From positions 64,001-128,000 of the IMG/VR virus record IMGVR_UViG_3300043788_000114: a stretch of DNA of 64,000 nt. One strand, written 5' to 3'. The notes under the pieces are model-generated. The model saw only the letters and a list, made by a program, of their open reading frames with translations. It had not been told where the DNA came from and did no database searches. This document shows, piece by piece, positions 1-7,695 of the stretch. The stretch comes from a virus. Each line of letters opens with the position of its first letter. Positions within the stretch are counted from its first letter, which is position 1. The position numbers were made by a program, and so were the translations under genes.

Positions 1-1
1 C

Positions 2-178
2 GCTGCGGTAGGTTATGTGTTCGACGGCCAAATAAAGTGCGACTCGGGTTGCATGATTGGCGGTACGCAAACTCGCGATCTGGTCTTCCGATTTGAGGAT
101 GGCGAGCAAGCCGCCAAGGCCGCAAGGAAACTGCGGGAACTGTCGGATGTGAGAGTCAACACGGCGATGGTGGCATAG
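2..178 (+). CDS. 3' end of hypothetical protein (partial)
   Basis: Open frame from window edge to TAG at 176-178. Confidence 0.5.
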   Translation, partial: AAVGYVFDGQIKCDSGCMIGGTQTRDLVFRFEDGEQAAKAARKLRELSDVRVNTAMVA

Positions 179-180
179 AG

Positions 181-274
181 TTGCGCGGGCCGAGGGATGC
201 TGCATACTGAGGAGCGAAGGTATGCAGCCCGAGAGGTTTGCAGACTCCCTGCTCTTTTTGACGGCCCGCTGCAA
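181..274 (+). ncRNA. candidate structured RNA
   Basis: Nested stems TTGCGCGGGCCG/CGGCCCGCTGCAA, AGGGA/TCCCT, GCTGCATAC/GTATGCAGC and CC-GAGA-GG. Confidence 0.35.
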
Positions 275-279
275 AACGT

Positions 280-309
280 AAGGCCCACAGATGTTCTTGT
301 GGGCCTTTT
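280..309. terminator. intrinsic terminator between convergent units
   Basis: AAGGCCCACA...TGTGGGCCTTTT hairpin. Confidence 0.7.
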
Positions 310-346
310 CGTTGAGCAACCTCTCGCAAGGTGAGTTGATTTTACC

Positions 347-1141
347 TTACTTCCAGCGCCTACCGCTGGATGGCTTCTTCGGAGAGTGTGGCCGTGCTGG
401 TACCGGAGGCACAGGAACACTTGGAATCGCCCTCACTGTGGCTGGACCGGTGAACACCCCGACGCCAACAGGATCATCATCCGTCTCAGTCTTCATTCCA
501 ACCGAACAACGCATCATCGGTGTGGTGTTGTCGTGCAGGAACGATTCGGACTGTGATGCGGAAGATCGTGCCATGTTTGCCGACGCAAACGCCATCGTCG
601 CATAGGTCGCACGGGCGTTCTGGGCGTTGTAATTCGCCGACGCTCCGACTCCTACTCCCAACGAACTGGCCTCGTTCCACGTTTCCGGTTGCGTGCCAAG
701 ATAGGTAAACGTCCAGTTGCCACGCTTGATCCGGTCGTCGATTGCCGCGTGAAGCGCCGTCTTTGAATATTCCTTGCTGGAGTTTTCCTCCCCATCCGTC
801 ACGATCACGACGATAGCCTTGTCGAATGTGATGCTCTTGTCGTCATCGAGTGCTTGGAGAGTTTTTCCAACCGCATCATAGAGCGCGGTTGCTCCGCGCG
901 GGCCGTATTTGGCAAGTTCGTCGCCGTCTATCTTGGCGATTGGAACCCCGAGGTACGGCGCATCTATTTGCGTGTCAAACGTGGTGAGCGAGAACAGATA
1001 CTCAACCTCGTTGTCCTTCTGTTGATCGGCCTGCATGTCCTTGACATAGGTCTTGAATCCGCTCAAGGTTTCCTGCCAAACGTTGGCCATGCTGCCGCTA
1101 CGATCCTGAATGAAACTGATTAGGACCTTCTTCATCTCCAT
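347..1141 (-). CDS. vWA domain protein
   Basis: MIDAS motif DRSGSM, GATALYDA, VTDGEENSS. Confidence 0.9.
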   Translation of the reverse strand: MEMKKVLISFIQDRSGSMANVWQETLSGFKTYVKDMQADQQKDNEVEYLFSLTTFDTQIDAPYLGVPIAKIDGDELAKYGPRGATALYDAVGKTLQALDDDKSITFDKAIVVIVTDGEENSSKEYSKTALHAAIDDRIKRGNWTFTYLGTQPETWNEASSLGVGVGASANYNAQNARATYATMAFASANMARSSASQSESFLHDNTTPMMRCSVGMKTETDDDPVGVGVFTGPATVRAIPSVPVPPVPARPHSPKKPSSGRRWK

Positions 1142-1362
1142 CTCCTTTTTCTGACGTAGATTGTGTGGGGCTTGAGATCGAGATGCGCAACCAAGTCCTT
1201 AGATGGAGGCCGCACGCCGTTGTATACCTGAGAAAGGTAGGAAGCAGAGACGCCAAGCGAACTCGCGTACTCTCGAAGACTGCGTTCGCCTTGGTCCTGC
1301 TTCAATTCACCAACGACCTGATCGGTTTCCAGTGTTTCGTCCATCTCTTCCTTGCGCCACAT
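1132..1362 (-). CDS. XRE-family HTH protein
   Basis: SLREYASSLGVSASYLSQVYNG. Confidence 0.8.
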   Translation of the reverse strand: MWRKEEMDETLETDQVVGELKQDQGERSLREYASSLGVSASYLSQVYNGVRPPSKDLVAHLDLKPHTIYVRKRRWR

Positions 1363-1410
1363 GAGAGCTAGTTAAGCATTGTGCTTAACGATTGTCAAGA
1401 GAGAAAATCA

Positions 1411-1439
1411 TTGACACCCTCCCTACGCGGCGCTACTCT
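1411..1439 (+). promoter_or_regulatory. sigma70-type promoter
   Basis: TTGACA-17bp-TACTCT; ATG 7 nt downstream (leaderless). Confidence 0.6.
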
Positions 1440-1445
1440 TCTGGC

Positions 1446-1667
1446 ATGGCAGACTCCGCCGCGCAGCCGATTATCGATCTTGCCAACTCTTGGATGAACA
1501 AGGCCAAGAACATTGAGGACAAAATTGTCGGCACCCCCGGCAGGATCAAAACCAGCACATCGCCCAAGCCTCCCGCAACCACGTGGCACGATGACCGGTA
1601 CAAAACGACCGATCAAAAGGCGGCACCCCGCAAGGCCGCTCCCCGGAAGAGAACGTCGAGCAAGTAG
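1446..1667 (+). CDS. small basic hypothetical protein
   Basis: ORF after promoter; KAAPR repeats. Confidence 0.6.
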   Translation: MADSAAQPIIDLANSWMNKAKNIEDKIVGTPGRIKTSTSPKPPATTWHDDRYKTTDQKAAPRKAAPRKRTSSK

Positions 1668-1669
1668 GC

Positions 1670-1897
1670 ATGGCGCTTGAGACGGAACTCGCCTTCTTCG
1701 ACTCCCACCGCACCGAGTGGACAGAGCATCACAACGCCAAGTTTGCCGTCATTCAGGGCAAAAAGCTGCTCGGGTTCTTCGACGAGTGGGAAGATGGATT
1801 CAAGGCTGGGATCAAAGCCTTCGGCGGCAGACGCGAATTCCTCGTGAAGCAAGTGTGGATCGTCGAGCCGGTTTATGTTATCGGGGCGGTTGCCTGA
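1670..1897 (+). CDS. DUF5678-like protein
   Basis: ELAFF...KFAVIQGKKLLGFFD...AG pattern. Confidence 0.6.
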   Translation: MALETELAFFDSHRTEWTEHHNAKFAVIQGKKLLGFFDEWEDGFKAGIKAFGGRREFLVKQVWIVEPVYVIGAVA

Positions 1898-1974
1898 AAA
1901 AATAGGCAACAATTACCTTGACTTACCCAATACCTGTGCTATTCTTGGGTTAGCTTAAGTAAAGGATTGCCGAT

Positions 1975-2931
1975 ATGTTTGAGCCTAAAACACTTGCCGA
2001 AGCTATTCGCTACTACAGCGATGAGCAGACGTGTATCGACGTGGTTGCAGGTCTCCGCTGGCCAGATGGCAAGCCGGTATGCCCGAAGTGCTGGACGGCT
2101 GAGGGCGAGCGCAAGCACTACTGGCTCAAGACCCAAAAGCGGTGGAAGTGCTATGCCTGCCGCAAGCAATTCTCGGTCAAGGTGAACTCGATTTTCGAGG
2201 ATTCGGCCCTCAAACTGTCGGATTGGCTTATTGGCCTCTGGATGCTTGTGAACTGCAAGAACGGCGTGAGTAGCTATGAGCTATCGCGGGCCACGGGGAT
2301 CGCTCAGAAGTCAGCGTGGTTCGTTCTACAGCGCCTTCGTTACATCCTCAAGGCAGTTGACCATCGGCCCTTGGGAACGCCGGGGCCGGTCGAGGTAGAC
2401 GAATGCTATCTCGGCCCCGACGCACGCACGATGCACGCGGACAGGCGAGCCAAGTTGCAACTGGCGACAAACGGCTACGCGAAGAAAACGGCTGTGATCG
2501 GTCTGCTCGATCGCAACACGCGGCAGGTCCGAGCTGAGGTCTTACCGGAAGTCACACGCGATGTGCTGCAAGCGCGGATTCTCAAGCATTGCGGCAAGGG
2601 AACGACCGTGTACACCGATAGCCACGCCGGATACGACAACATGGATTCGCAGCGTTTCGTCCACGAAACCGTGAATCACATGATGGAGCATGTACGCGGC
2701 GATGTTTCGACGCAAGCGATTGAGAATTTCTGGTCGTGCCTCAAGAGAACACTGACCGGGACGTACATCGCGGTCGAGCCTTATCACTTGGACCTGTACC
2801 TGAATGAGCAGGTCTACCGCTTCAACAATCGCGTGAATAAAGACGATGGTCAGCGTTTCAGAAAGGCACTGAGCATGATCGGGGATCGCAGACTGACTTG
2901 GAACCGGCTTACCGGGAAGGAGGGGGCCTGA
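1975..2931 (+). CDS. IS1595 (ISXO2-like) transposase
   Basis: Zn ribbon CPKC/CYAC, VEVDECY, VYTD, IENFWSCLKR, YRFNNR. Confidence 0.95.
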   Translation: MFEPKTLAEAIRYYSDEQTCIDVVAGLRWPDGKPVCPKCWTAEGERKHYWLKTQKRWKCYACRKQFSVKVNSIFEDSALKLSDWLIGLWMLVNCKNGVSSYELSRATGIAQKSAWFVLQRLRYILKAVDHRPLGTPGPVEVDECYLGPDARTMHADRRAKLQLATNGYAKKTAVIGLLDRNTRQVRAEVLPEVTRDVLQARILKHCGKGTTVYTDSHAGYDNMDSQRFVHETVNHMMEHVRGDVSTQAIENFWSCLKRTLTGTYIAVEPYHLDLYLNEQVYRFNNRVNKDDGQRFRKALSMIGDRRLTWNRLTGKEGA

Positions 2932-2933
2932 TT

Positions 2934-3116
2934 TCAGGAGGGCTTTGCGGGGACGTAACGGAATCTCTTACGAGATGAAAATTTCTCGGCCTTGGCTCTC
3001 TCGCGTGTCTCCTGAATATCCTTCGGCGAAGCTGAGAGGACGCCAGTCAAAACCTTAGTGAAGGTGCCGCTCGGCGGCCTGTCTAATTTATCGGGATTGT
3101 TCGGAGGAGTTTTCAT
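2934..3116 (-). CDS. small IS1595-associated protein
   Basis: Short ORF convergent with the transposase stop. Confidence 0.5.
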   Translation of the reverse strand: MKTPPNNPDKLDRPPSGTFTKVLTGVLSASPKDIQETRERAKAEKFSSRKRFRYVPAKPS

Positions 3117-3397
3117 TTCGCTGCCGGTCTCGCGATCACGGCATGGAGCGTCACTTCGTCATCGGTAAAAGAATAGAGCACGGTCAAATCCGGCTTATGC
3201 CACGCATGATCCCCGCTTTGCGAATACACCCAAAACCGTCCCTTGAAGTGAGTGCCTTTCTCTGGCTTATGCGCTAGCGTCCATTCCAGCGAACGGTAGG
3301 CCATCTCCCCGCGCGCAAATTCTCTTGTCGCACGGTCCATATCGACAGAAAATTCTCTGTCTTGGACCACCTGTCGCAATTTAGGATTCGTTTCCAA
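3113..3397 (-). CDS. putative RelE/ParE-fold toxin
   Basis: 94 aa, coupled to Panacea gene; C-terminal LTVLYSFTDDEVTL strands. Confidence 0.55.
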   Translation of the reverse strand: METNPKLRQVVQDREFSVDMDRATREFARGEMAYRSLEWTLAHKPEKGTHFKGRFWVYSQSGDHAWHKPDLTVLYSFTDDEVTLHAVIARPAAK

Positions 3398-3917
3398 AGC
3401 GCGAACTTATCACAGAATCGGCCCACGCGCGATCTTCATCTGTGATAGCTCGTGGTGTTGCCATGATAGCAAAGAGAGGAATTGTTTCACCCATTTCAGC
3501 TAGTTTCCACCACTCAGCGTGGGTCGCATCGCTGATAGATGCGGCTGTGTGAGAGCATACCGTGTCAGTCATTTTGTTAATAAACTCCAGATCGTCAGAA
3601 GTGAACAGACTTAGATCTGGCTCTGTTTTAGTTATGTATTCCGTCCGGAAGTAATTGACCACCCTTACGGTTCGAATTTCCAGCGCCCCCTCTTCCACTA
3701 ATTCCTCTAGGAGTGGGAGCATCGCGGCCACAACAGGACCATTCTTTTCCTTAATAAAGCGCGCGCCTGTCAACGCGTGCCCGTTCGTCTTCACGTAGTG
3801 ATTTGTCTCGACGTACCAAATCACCTTGTTAAGTTTCACTGCCCCCAGACGCGCAGGATTCTCCCGGCAACGTGAACACACGTAGTGCACGAGTCTTTTC
3901 AGTTTTGTCCTGTTCAT
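3381..3917 (-). CDS. Panacea (DUF4065/SocA-like) antitoxin
   Basis: KLNKVIWY, TGARFIKEKNGPV, ISDATH..W motifs. Confidence 0.85.
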   Translation of the reverse strand: MNRTKLKRLVHYVCSRCRENPARLGAVKLNKVIWYVETNHYVKTNGHALTGARFIKEKNGPVVAAMLPLLEELVEEGALEIRTVRVVNYFRTEYITKTEPDLSLFTSDDLEFINKMTDTVCSHTAASISDATHAEWWKLAEMGETIPLFAIMATPRAITDEDRAWADSVISSRFGNES

Positions 3918-4220
3918 CTCTTTGCCGCCCTTCCGCGTCCTAGCGAACGTGGCTCCATAAAGGGGGTTTCCCAAGTTGTGCCACGTTTGCTGGACGTGAC
4001 TACAACACGTTTTGCTTGCAGGTCAATTTAGCAGCAGATTTCCACACTTGCACGCAAAAATCAGCTAGCTGCTAATTTGACGCGTCGAGTGGGGAAATAG
4101 CTTCGCCGTTCGTTCGCCCACATGGTTCGCTTTTGGGCCGGGGAAACCTGTCCTCAATTCGACTCCTCTTTTATAATACCCTTTTAAGGGGGATTTCAAG
4201 GGTTATTTCAAGGGGGGTTT

Positions 4221-4493
4221 ATGGGGGATGAACCAGAGAATAAAGGAGGGCGACCGGGAGCCGGGCCTCGTTACCCGGTAGAGATTAGAACCATGGACGC
4301 TGTCACGTCCCGAATGCTAGACACACTTGTTACGTACGGTCGGTTCGGTGACTCAAGATCACAGGTGGCTCTTTTCATCATTCGAAAGTGGCTGTTTGAG
4401 AACGAGGACCGTTTACAGAAAGCAATCGCGGCTAGGAAATTTCCCCTCGGAGACATCGATTCCGACTTTGAACCGCCGACAAATCAGAGTTAG
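4221..4493 (+). CDS. putative ribbon-helix-helix regulator
   Basis: MLDTLVTYGRFGDSRSQVALFIIRKW. Confidence 0.55.
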   Translation: MGDEPENKGGRPGAGPRYPVEIRTMDAVTSRMLDTLVTYGRFGDSRSQVALFIIRKWLFENEDRLQKAIAARKFPLGDIDSDFEPPTNQS

Positions 4494-4557
4494 GAGACGG
4501 CCCATGAGCACCGGAGGCTCTGGGTTAGTCACAGTATTTATTGCCAAAAAATACGGC

Positions 4558-4586
4558 TTGACATTCTGCGCCGCCCGATGTACCGT
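4558..4586 (+). promoter_or_regulatory. promoter of tRNA array 1
   Basis: TTGACA-17bp-TACCGT. Confidence 0.7.
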
Positions 4587-4596
4587 CAAAAACGTG

Positions 4597-4680
4597 ATGA
4601 CTCGATTCCATAGCGACTTCCCAGCAACAGCGGCCACGCAGCCGCAAGGTAATCGCTCGCCTGAAATGGGGTCTCAATAG
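4597..4680 (+). CDS. leader peptide of tRNA array 1 (MTRFHSDFPATAATQPQGNRSPEMGSQ)
   Basis: GTG/ATG at predicted TSS; has codons for all 12 array-1 tRNAs; its 3' end is complementary to the terminator arm. Confidence 0.75.
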   Translation: MTRFHSDFPATAATQPQGNRSPEMGSQ

Positions 4681-4713
4681 GATTTTTCATCGCAATGGAG
4701 CGAAGAAAACTAC

Positions 4714-4753
4714 GAGGCCCCGGACACCGAAAGGTTTTCGGGGCTTCTGCTTT
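4714..4753 (+). terminator. attenuator terminator of array 1
   Basis: GAGGCCCCGGA...TTCGGGGCTTC-TGCTTT with inner ACC-GAAA-GGT hairpin; weak U-tract. Confidence 0.65.
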
Positions 4754-4808
4754 GTGCGGATGAATAAAGGCGATAGCTTGAGTGGTATTTTGATGTTAAA
4801 CTCTGTGC

Positions 4809-5420
4809 ATGGCTGCAATCGATATGGCTGTGTATATGGCAGAGCGCCGGAAGAATCGGCGCGATAAACTGATTGCGATGTCGGGCGGGAGATGCATCAA
4901 GTGTAATTCAACCGACGATCTCAATTTTGACCACAAAGACCCGAAGGATCGCTCATTCCGATTGACTGGTAAGGCGCTGGATGGTTCGTGGGAAAAGATT
5001 CTTAAAGAGTGGCGAAAATGCCAGTTGCTTTGTAGGGTTTGTCACCTTCGGAAGACAAAAGAAAATGACGAGTACGGCGAACCGCCGAACAAGGGCGTTT
5101 CGAAATGGGGAGAAGTTCTTCCTGAGCACGGATGTGAAGCGGCTTACGCGCATGGTTGCAGATGCGATGAATGCTGTAAAGCGAGATACGAAGCGCGAGT
5201 TCGTCGCGGCGAATTGAAAGGTATCCGTGGACCACGAGGAGCAAATAATCCGAAGGGCGTCATCAAACACGGAACGCGCTCCGGATACCAAGCGGAGTTG
5301 AGACAAGGTTTAACTGCTTGCGATGAATGCAGAAAAGCGAACGCGGAAGAGACGCGGCGGCGCAAGCAAAATGAAAAGTTTGTTCCGAGGGAACCAGACG
5401 GTACGGTAGCGCACTGTTAA
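4809..5420 (+). CDS. HNH endonuclease with Zn-binding C-terminal repeats
   Basis: CIKC..LNFDHKDP...CQLLCRVCH; HG...GCRCDEC. Confidence 0.85.
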   Translation: MAAIDMAVYMAERRKNRRDKLIAMSGGRCIKCNSTDDLNFDHKDPKDRSFRLTGKALDGSWEKILKEWRKCQLLCRVCHLRKTKENDEYGEPPNKGVSKWGEVLPEHGCEAAYAHGCRCDECCKARYEARVRRGELKGIRGPRGANNPKGVIKHGTRSGYQAELRQGLTACDECRKANAEETRRRKQNEKFVPREPDGTVAHC

Positions 5421-5458
5421 TGCGACAATAACAGGTTCGACTCCTGTCCTCGGAGCCA
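5384..5458 (+). tRNA. tRNA-Asn(GTT)
   Basis: Cloverleaf, loop CTGTTAA, GGTTCGA, CCA. Confidence 0.9.
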
Positions 5459-5467
5459 GTTTGAAGT

Positions 5468-5543
5468 TGGGGAGAAGTTCAACGGGTGGAACGCTCGGCT
5501 CTGACCCGAGAGGCAGCAAGTTCGAGACTTGCCTCCCCAGCCA
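5468..5543 (+). tRNA. tRNA-Gln(CTG)
   Basis: Loop CTCTGAC, CCA. Confidence 0.9.
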
Positions 5544-5558
5544 AGTTTGGAGGACCAC

Positions 5559-5730
5559 ATGAAGGATTATCGCGAAACGAAAAGGAACTACGCACGACGG
5601 ATGCGACCTCTCTGAAAGCAAGTTGGCCGGTGCATCTGTTGCGGCGCACGACCGGCTGAGCAAGATCGAGCGAAGTGTACGGTGTGTCTTTGAGCGCCAG
5701 AGACTTTATGCGAAGACACGAAAGAAATAG
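5559..5730 (+). pseudogene. decayed small Zn-finger ORF
   Basis: SD+ATG, in-frame TGA at 5613, CICC...CTVC, apparent frameshift at about 5691. Confidence 0.4.
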
Positions 5731-5801
5731 GGGAATGGCCGAGCGGCTTAGGCGAGTGTCTTTGAAGCACTTTCAGGTGGGTTCAACTCCTACTTCCCCT
5801 G
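5729..5801 (+). tRNA. tRNA-Gln(TTG)
   Basis: Loop CTTTGAA; no encoded CCA. Confidence 0.85.
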
Positions 5802-5802
5802 C

Positions 5803-5878
5803 GCGGGCGTAGTTCAATTGGCAGAACGTCGGAGTGCCACTCCGAAGGTTGCCGGATCGTTGCCGGTCGCCCGCTCCA
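5803..5878 (+). tRNA. tRNA-Gly(GCC)
   Basis: GCGGGCG acceptor, loop GTGCCAC, TCCA. Confidence 0.85.
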
Positions 5879-5969
5879 ATTTGAAAGGGTAGTTGCAATG
5901 GAACACAGGATGATTTTGATGAGCCCGGACTTGAAGGAAGTCCACAGAGTTGTAGTTGTAAGACGCAAG

Positions 5970-6044
5970 GCACCATTAGCTCAACAGGCAGAGCACGGGA
6001 TTCGTACCCCCGAGACTGGCGTTCAAGTCGTCAATGGTGCTCCA
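5970..6044 (+). tRNA. tRNA-Thr(CGT)
   Basis: Loop TTCGTAC, CCA. Confidence 0.85.
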
Positions 6045-6094
6045 CAAGATAGCGAGCCGTCAGAATAGCGACGATTCGTTATGTAAGGCCGCGA

Positions 6095-6171
6095 GGTATG
6101 GTACGGCCCGGTGATGTGAGCCGCGGCGGGGCATGGCAAGGCTTGGTATGGTCAGGTAGGGTGTGGCATGG
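6095..6171 (+). repeat. period-5 GGNNN degenerate tandem repeat
   Basis: 13 of 15 consecutive pentamers start with GG. Confidence 0.75.
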
Positions 6172-6716
6172 GCAGTTTAATGCGTAGATCGGTGCTTCAG
6201 TTGAACGCTTCACTAGAAGCGATTCGCATTATTTCTGCAAAGAGGGCTTTGACTTTGTTGACTAAGGGCAAGGCCCTCACTGAGGTTTCGACGGGGATTG
6301 AGATTTATCCCGGCGTGTTCTTGCCTAGCGTGATTAGGCTTCGGCACTACGCGAGGGTTCCGCATAAGAGGCCGATTCCTTCGAGGAAGAATATCTTTGT
6401 CCGCGATGGGAACCGTTGTCTTTACTGTGGGGCCAAGGGACCGAAGGTTACTCTTGAACTTGAGCATGTTATCCCGAGGTCAAGAGGAGGACAAGGGTCG
6501 TGGGACAACTTGGTTTCGGCGTGCCACGAGTGTAACCAGAAGAAGGGTGATCGTACACCACAGGAAGCTGGAATGACTCTGATTCATCGTCCTTTGCCAG
6601 CGACGGTACACACAAACCGTTTCGTGCTTAAGCAACTTGGGGAAGAAATTTCTGAGTGGAGTCCATTTTTGTGGCAGGACAACAAGGGCGACACTCGCTT
6701 TCAGTTTGTGCATTAG
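6168..6716 (+). CDS. HNH endonuclease (McrA-like)
   Basis: VLQLNAS, PSVIRL, RDGNRCLYCG, EHVIPRSRGG, WDNLVSACHECNQKKG. Confidence 0.92.
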   Translation: MGSLMRRSVLQLNASLEAIRIISAKRALTLLTKGKALTEVSTGIEIYPGVFLPSVIRLRHYARVPHKRPIPSRKNIFVRDGNRCLYCGAKGPKVTLELEHVIPRSRGGQGSWDNLVSACHECNQKKGDRTPQEAGMTLIHRPLPATVHTNRFVLKQLGEEISEWSPFLWQDNKGDTRFQFVH

Positions 6717-6737
6717 GATGGTGATCCTAAGTTTTGA

Positions 6738-6812
6738 GCCTCGCAAGCATTGCCGTCGATGCGCCGGTCCTGTAAATCGGTGAAGCCAGTTAGACTCTGG
6801 CGCGGGGCTCCA
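6738..6812 (+). tRNA. tRNA-Thr(TGT)
   Basis: Loop CCTGTAA (C33), CCA. Confidence 0.8.
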
Positions 6813-6822
6813 TAACTTTCAT

Positions 6823-6898
6823 GGAGCGATTGGCCGAGAGGTAAGGCACCAGATTGTGGCTCTGGTATACGTGGTTTCGAGTACCACATCGCTCCCCA
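6823..6898 (+). tRNA. tRNA-His(GTG)
   Basis: G-1:C73 pair, loop TTGTGGC, CCA. Confidence 0.9.
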
Positions 6899-6906
6899 AT
6901 TTTTAC

Positions 6907-6987
6907 GGGCCGTGGAACTGCATGGGGTGGTTGCCTCTCTTGCAAAGAGGAAATGTCAGGCGAGTTCGATTCTCGCACGGTCCACCA
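6907..6987 (+). tRNA. tRNA-Ala(TGC)
   Basis: G3:U70, loop CTTGCAA, ACCA. Confidence 0.9.
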
Positions 6988-6993
6988 ATTATT

Positions 6994-7239
6994 ATGAAGC
7001 GACCGAAGTGTACGAAAGTCGATTTCATTGTCTGCGGTCGCATCGACGATCCGAGGACGAACAATGCTCCCGGATCGGAACTCAGGAAGTGCTCTGAGTG
7101 TGAAAGTGAAGTGAGGATTCATCCGACAACTATCGACGCGAAGATCAATGTACCGATCCTGTGTTTGCAGTGCGCACTGGCCAAGATGGAGTGTTCGGAA
7201 GAGGAGATGGAAGAGCAGGGAACAAGATTGCAGGTTTGA
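6994..7239 (+). CDS. small Cys-rich hypothetical protein
   Basis: CSEC...CLQC; fills the gap between tRNAs. Confidence 0.6.
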   Translation: MKRPKCTKVDFIVCGRIDDPRTNNAPGSELRKCSECESEVRIHPTTIDAKINVPILCLQCALAKMECSEEEMEEQGTRLQV

Positions 7240-7246
7240 AGATTTC

Positions 7247-7321
7247 GGACTCGTAGCTCCAATGTAGAGCGGCACGTTGAAGCCGTGCGCGTTGCTGGTT
7301 CAAGTCCAGTCGAGTCCACCA
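7247..7321 (+). tRNA. tRNA-Phe(GAA)
   Basis: Loop TTGAAGC, ACCA. Confidence 0.9.
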
Positions 7322-7329
7322 AGTTTTAA

Positions 7330-7403
7330 CAGGGCGGAGCGCGGTCTGGCAGCGCACCAGTTTCGGGAACTGGCGGTCGGAGGTTCAAATCCTCTCGCCC
7401 TGA
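7330..7403 (+). tRNA. tRNA-Pro(CGG)
   Basis: Loop TTCGGGA; abuts next tRNA, no CCA. Confidence 0.88.
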
Positions 7404-7478
7404 CGGGGATTAGCTCAGAGGCAGAGCATTCGCTTTGGGAGCGAAGGGCCGGGATTTCGAAATTCCCATCCCCGACCA
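7404..7478 (+). tRNA. tRNA-Pro(TGG)
   Basis: Loop TTTGGGA, ACCA. Confidence 0.9.
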
Positions 7479-7490
7479 TTTTGAAGATGT

Positions 7491-7566
7491 GGGCTGTTAG
7501 TTCAACTGAAGAGAATATCGGTCTACGAAACCGAAGATGGAGGTTTGAGCCCTCCACGGCCTACCA
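7491..7566 (+). tRNA. tRNA-Arg(ACG)
   Basis: Loop CTACGAA, ACCA. Confidence 0.88.
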
Positions 7567-7587
7567 AAAATAAACTGCGCTTTTCTA

Positions 7588-7616
7588 TTGACGCGGTTTG
7601 GGAATAGCGATAACGT
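7588..7616 (+). promoter_or_regulatory. promoter of Y RNA/Ro60 unit
   Basis: TTGACG-17bp-TAACGT; predicted TSS at the first Y-like RNA. Confidence 0.6.
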
Positions 7617-7620
7617 TGAT

Positions 7621-7692
7621 TTTGTCGATGGTGAAGTTTACGGATACTTCTCTTCCAAAGAAAACCTCTGTGAGCGTTTGTTCCTCGACAAA
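7621..7692 (+). ncRNA. Y-RNA-like 1 (short)
   Basis: Terminal stem TTTGTCGA/TCGACAAA, GGTGAAG...TTGTTC, GATACTTC; upstream of Ro60. Confidence 0.7.
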
Positions 7693-7695
7693 GAT

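Larger units (their letters stand above)
1905..4545 (+). mobile_element. IS1595-family transposon with cargo genes (2641 bp)
   Basis: Imperfect TIRs GGCAACAATTACCTTGACTTACCCA / TGGGTTAGTCACAGTATTTATTGCC; 8-bp TSD AAAAAATA at 1897-1904 and 4546-4553. Confidence 0.92.

Noticed and set aside
207-220. CTGAGGAG-CGAAG resembles a hammerhead ribozyme core
   Set aside because: No stem II, no GAAA, and no properly placed NUH cleavage site.
4327-4680. 117-aa ORF in the track
   Set aside because: It crosses the transposon end and the promoter; only the last 27-28 codons (the leader) are credible.
5613-5693. Genome-wide TGA recoding
   Set aside because: Many clear genes end in TGA with coupled downstream starts, and no suppressor tRNA is seen.
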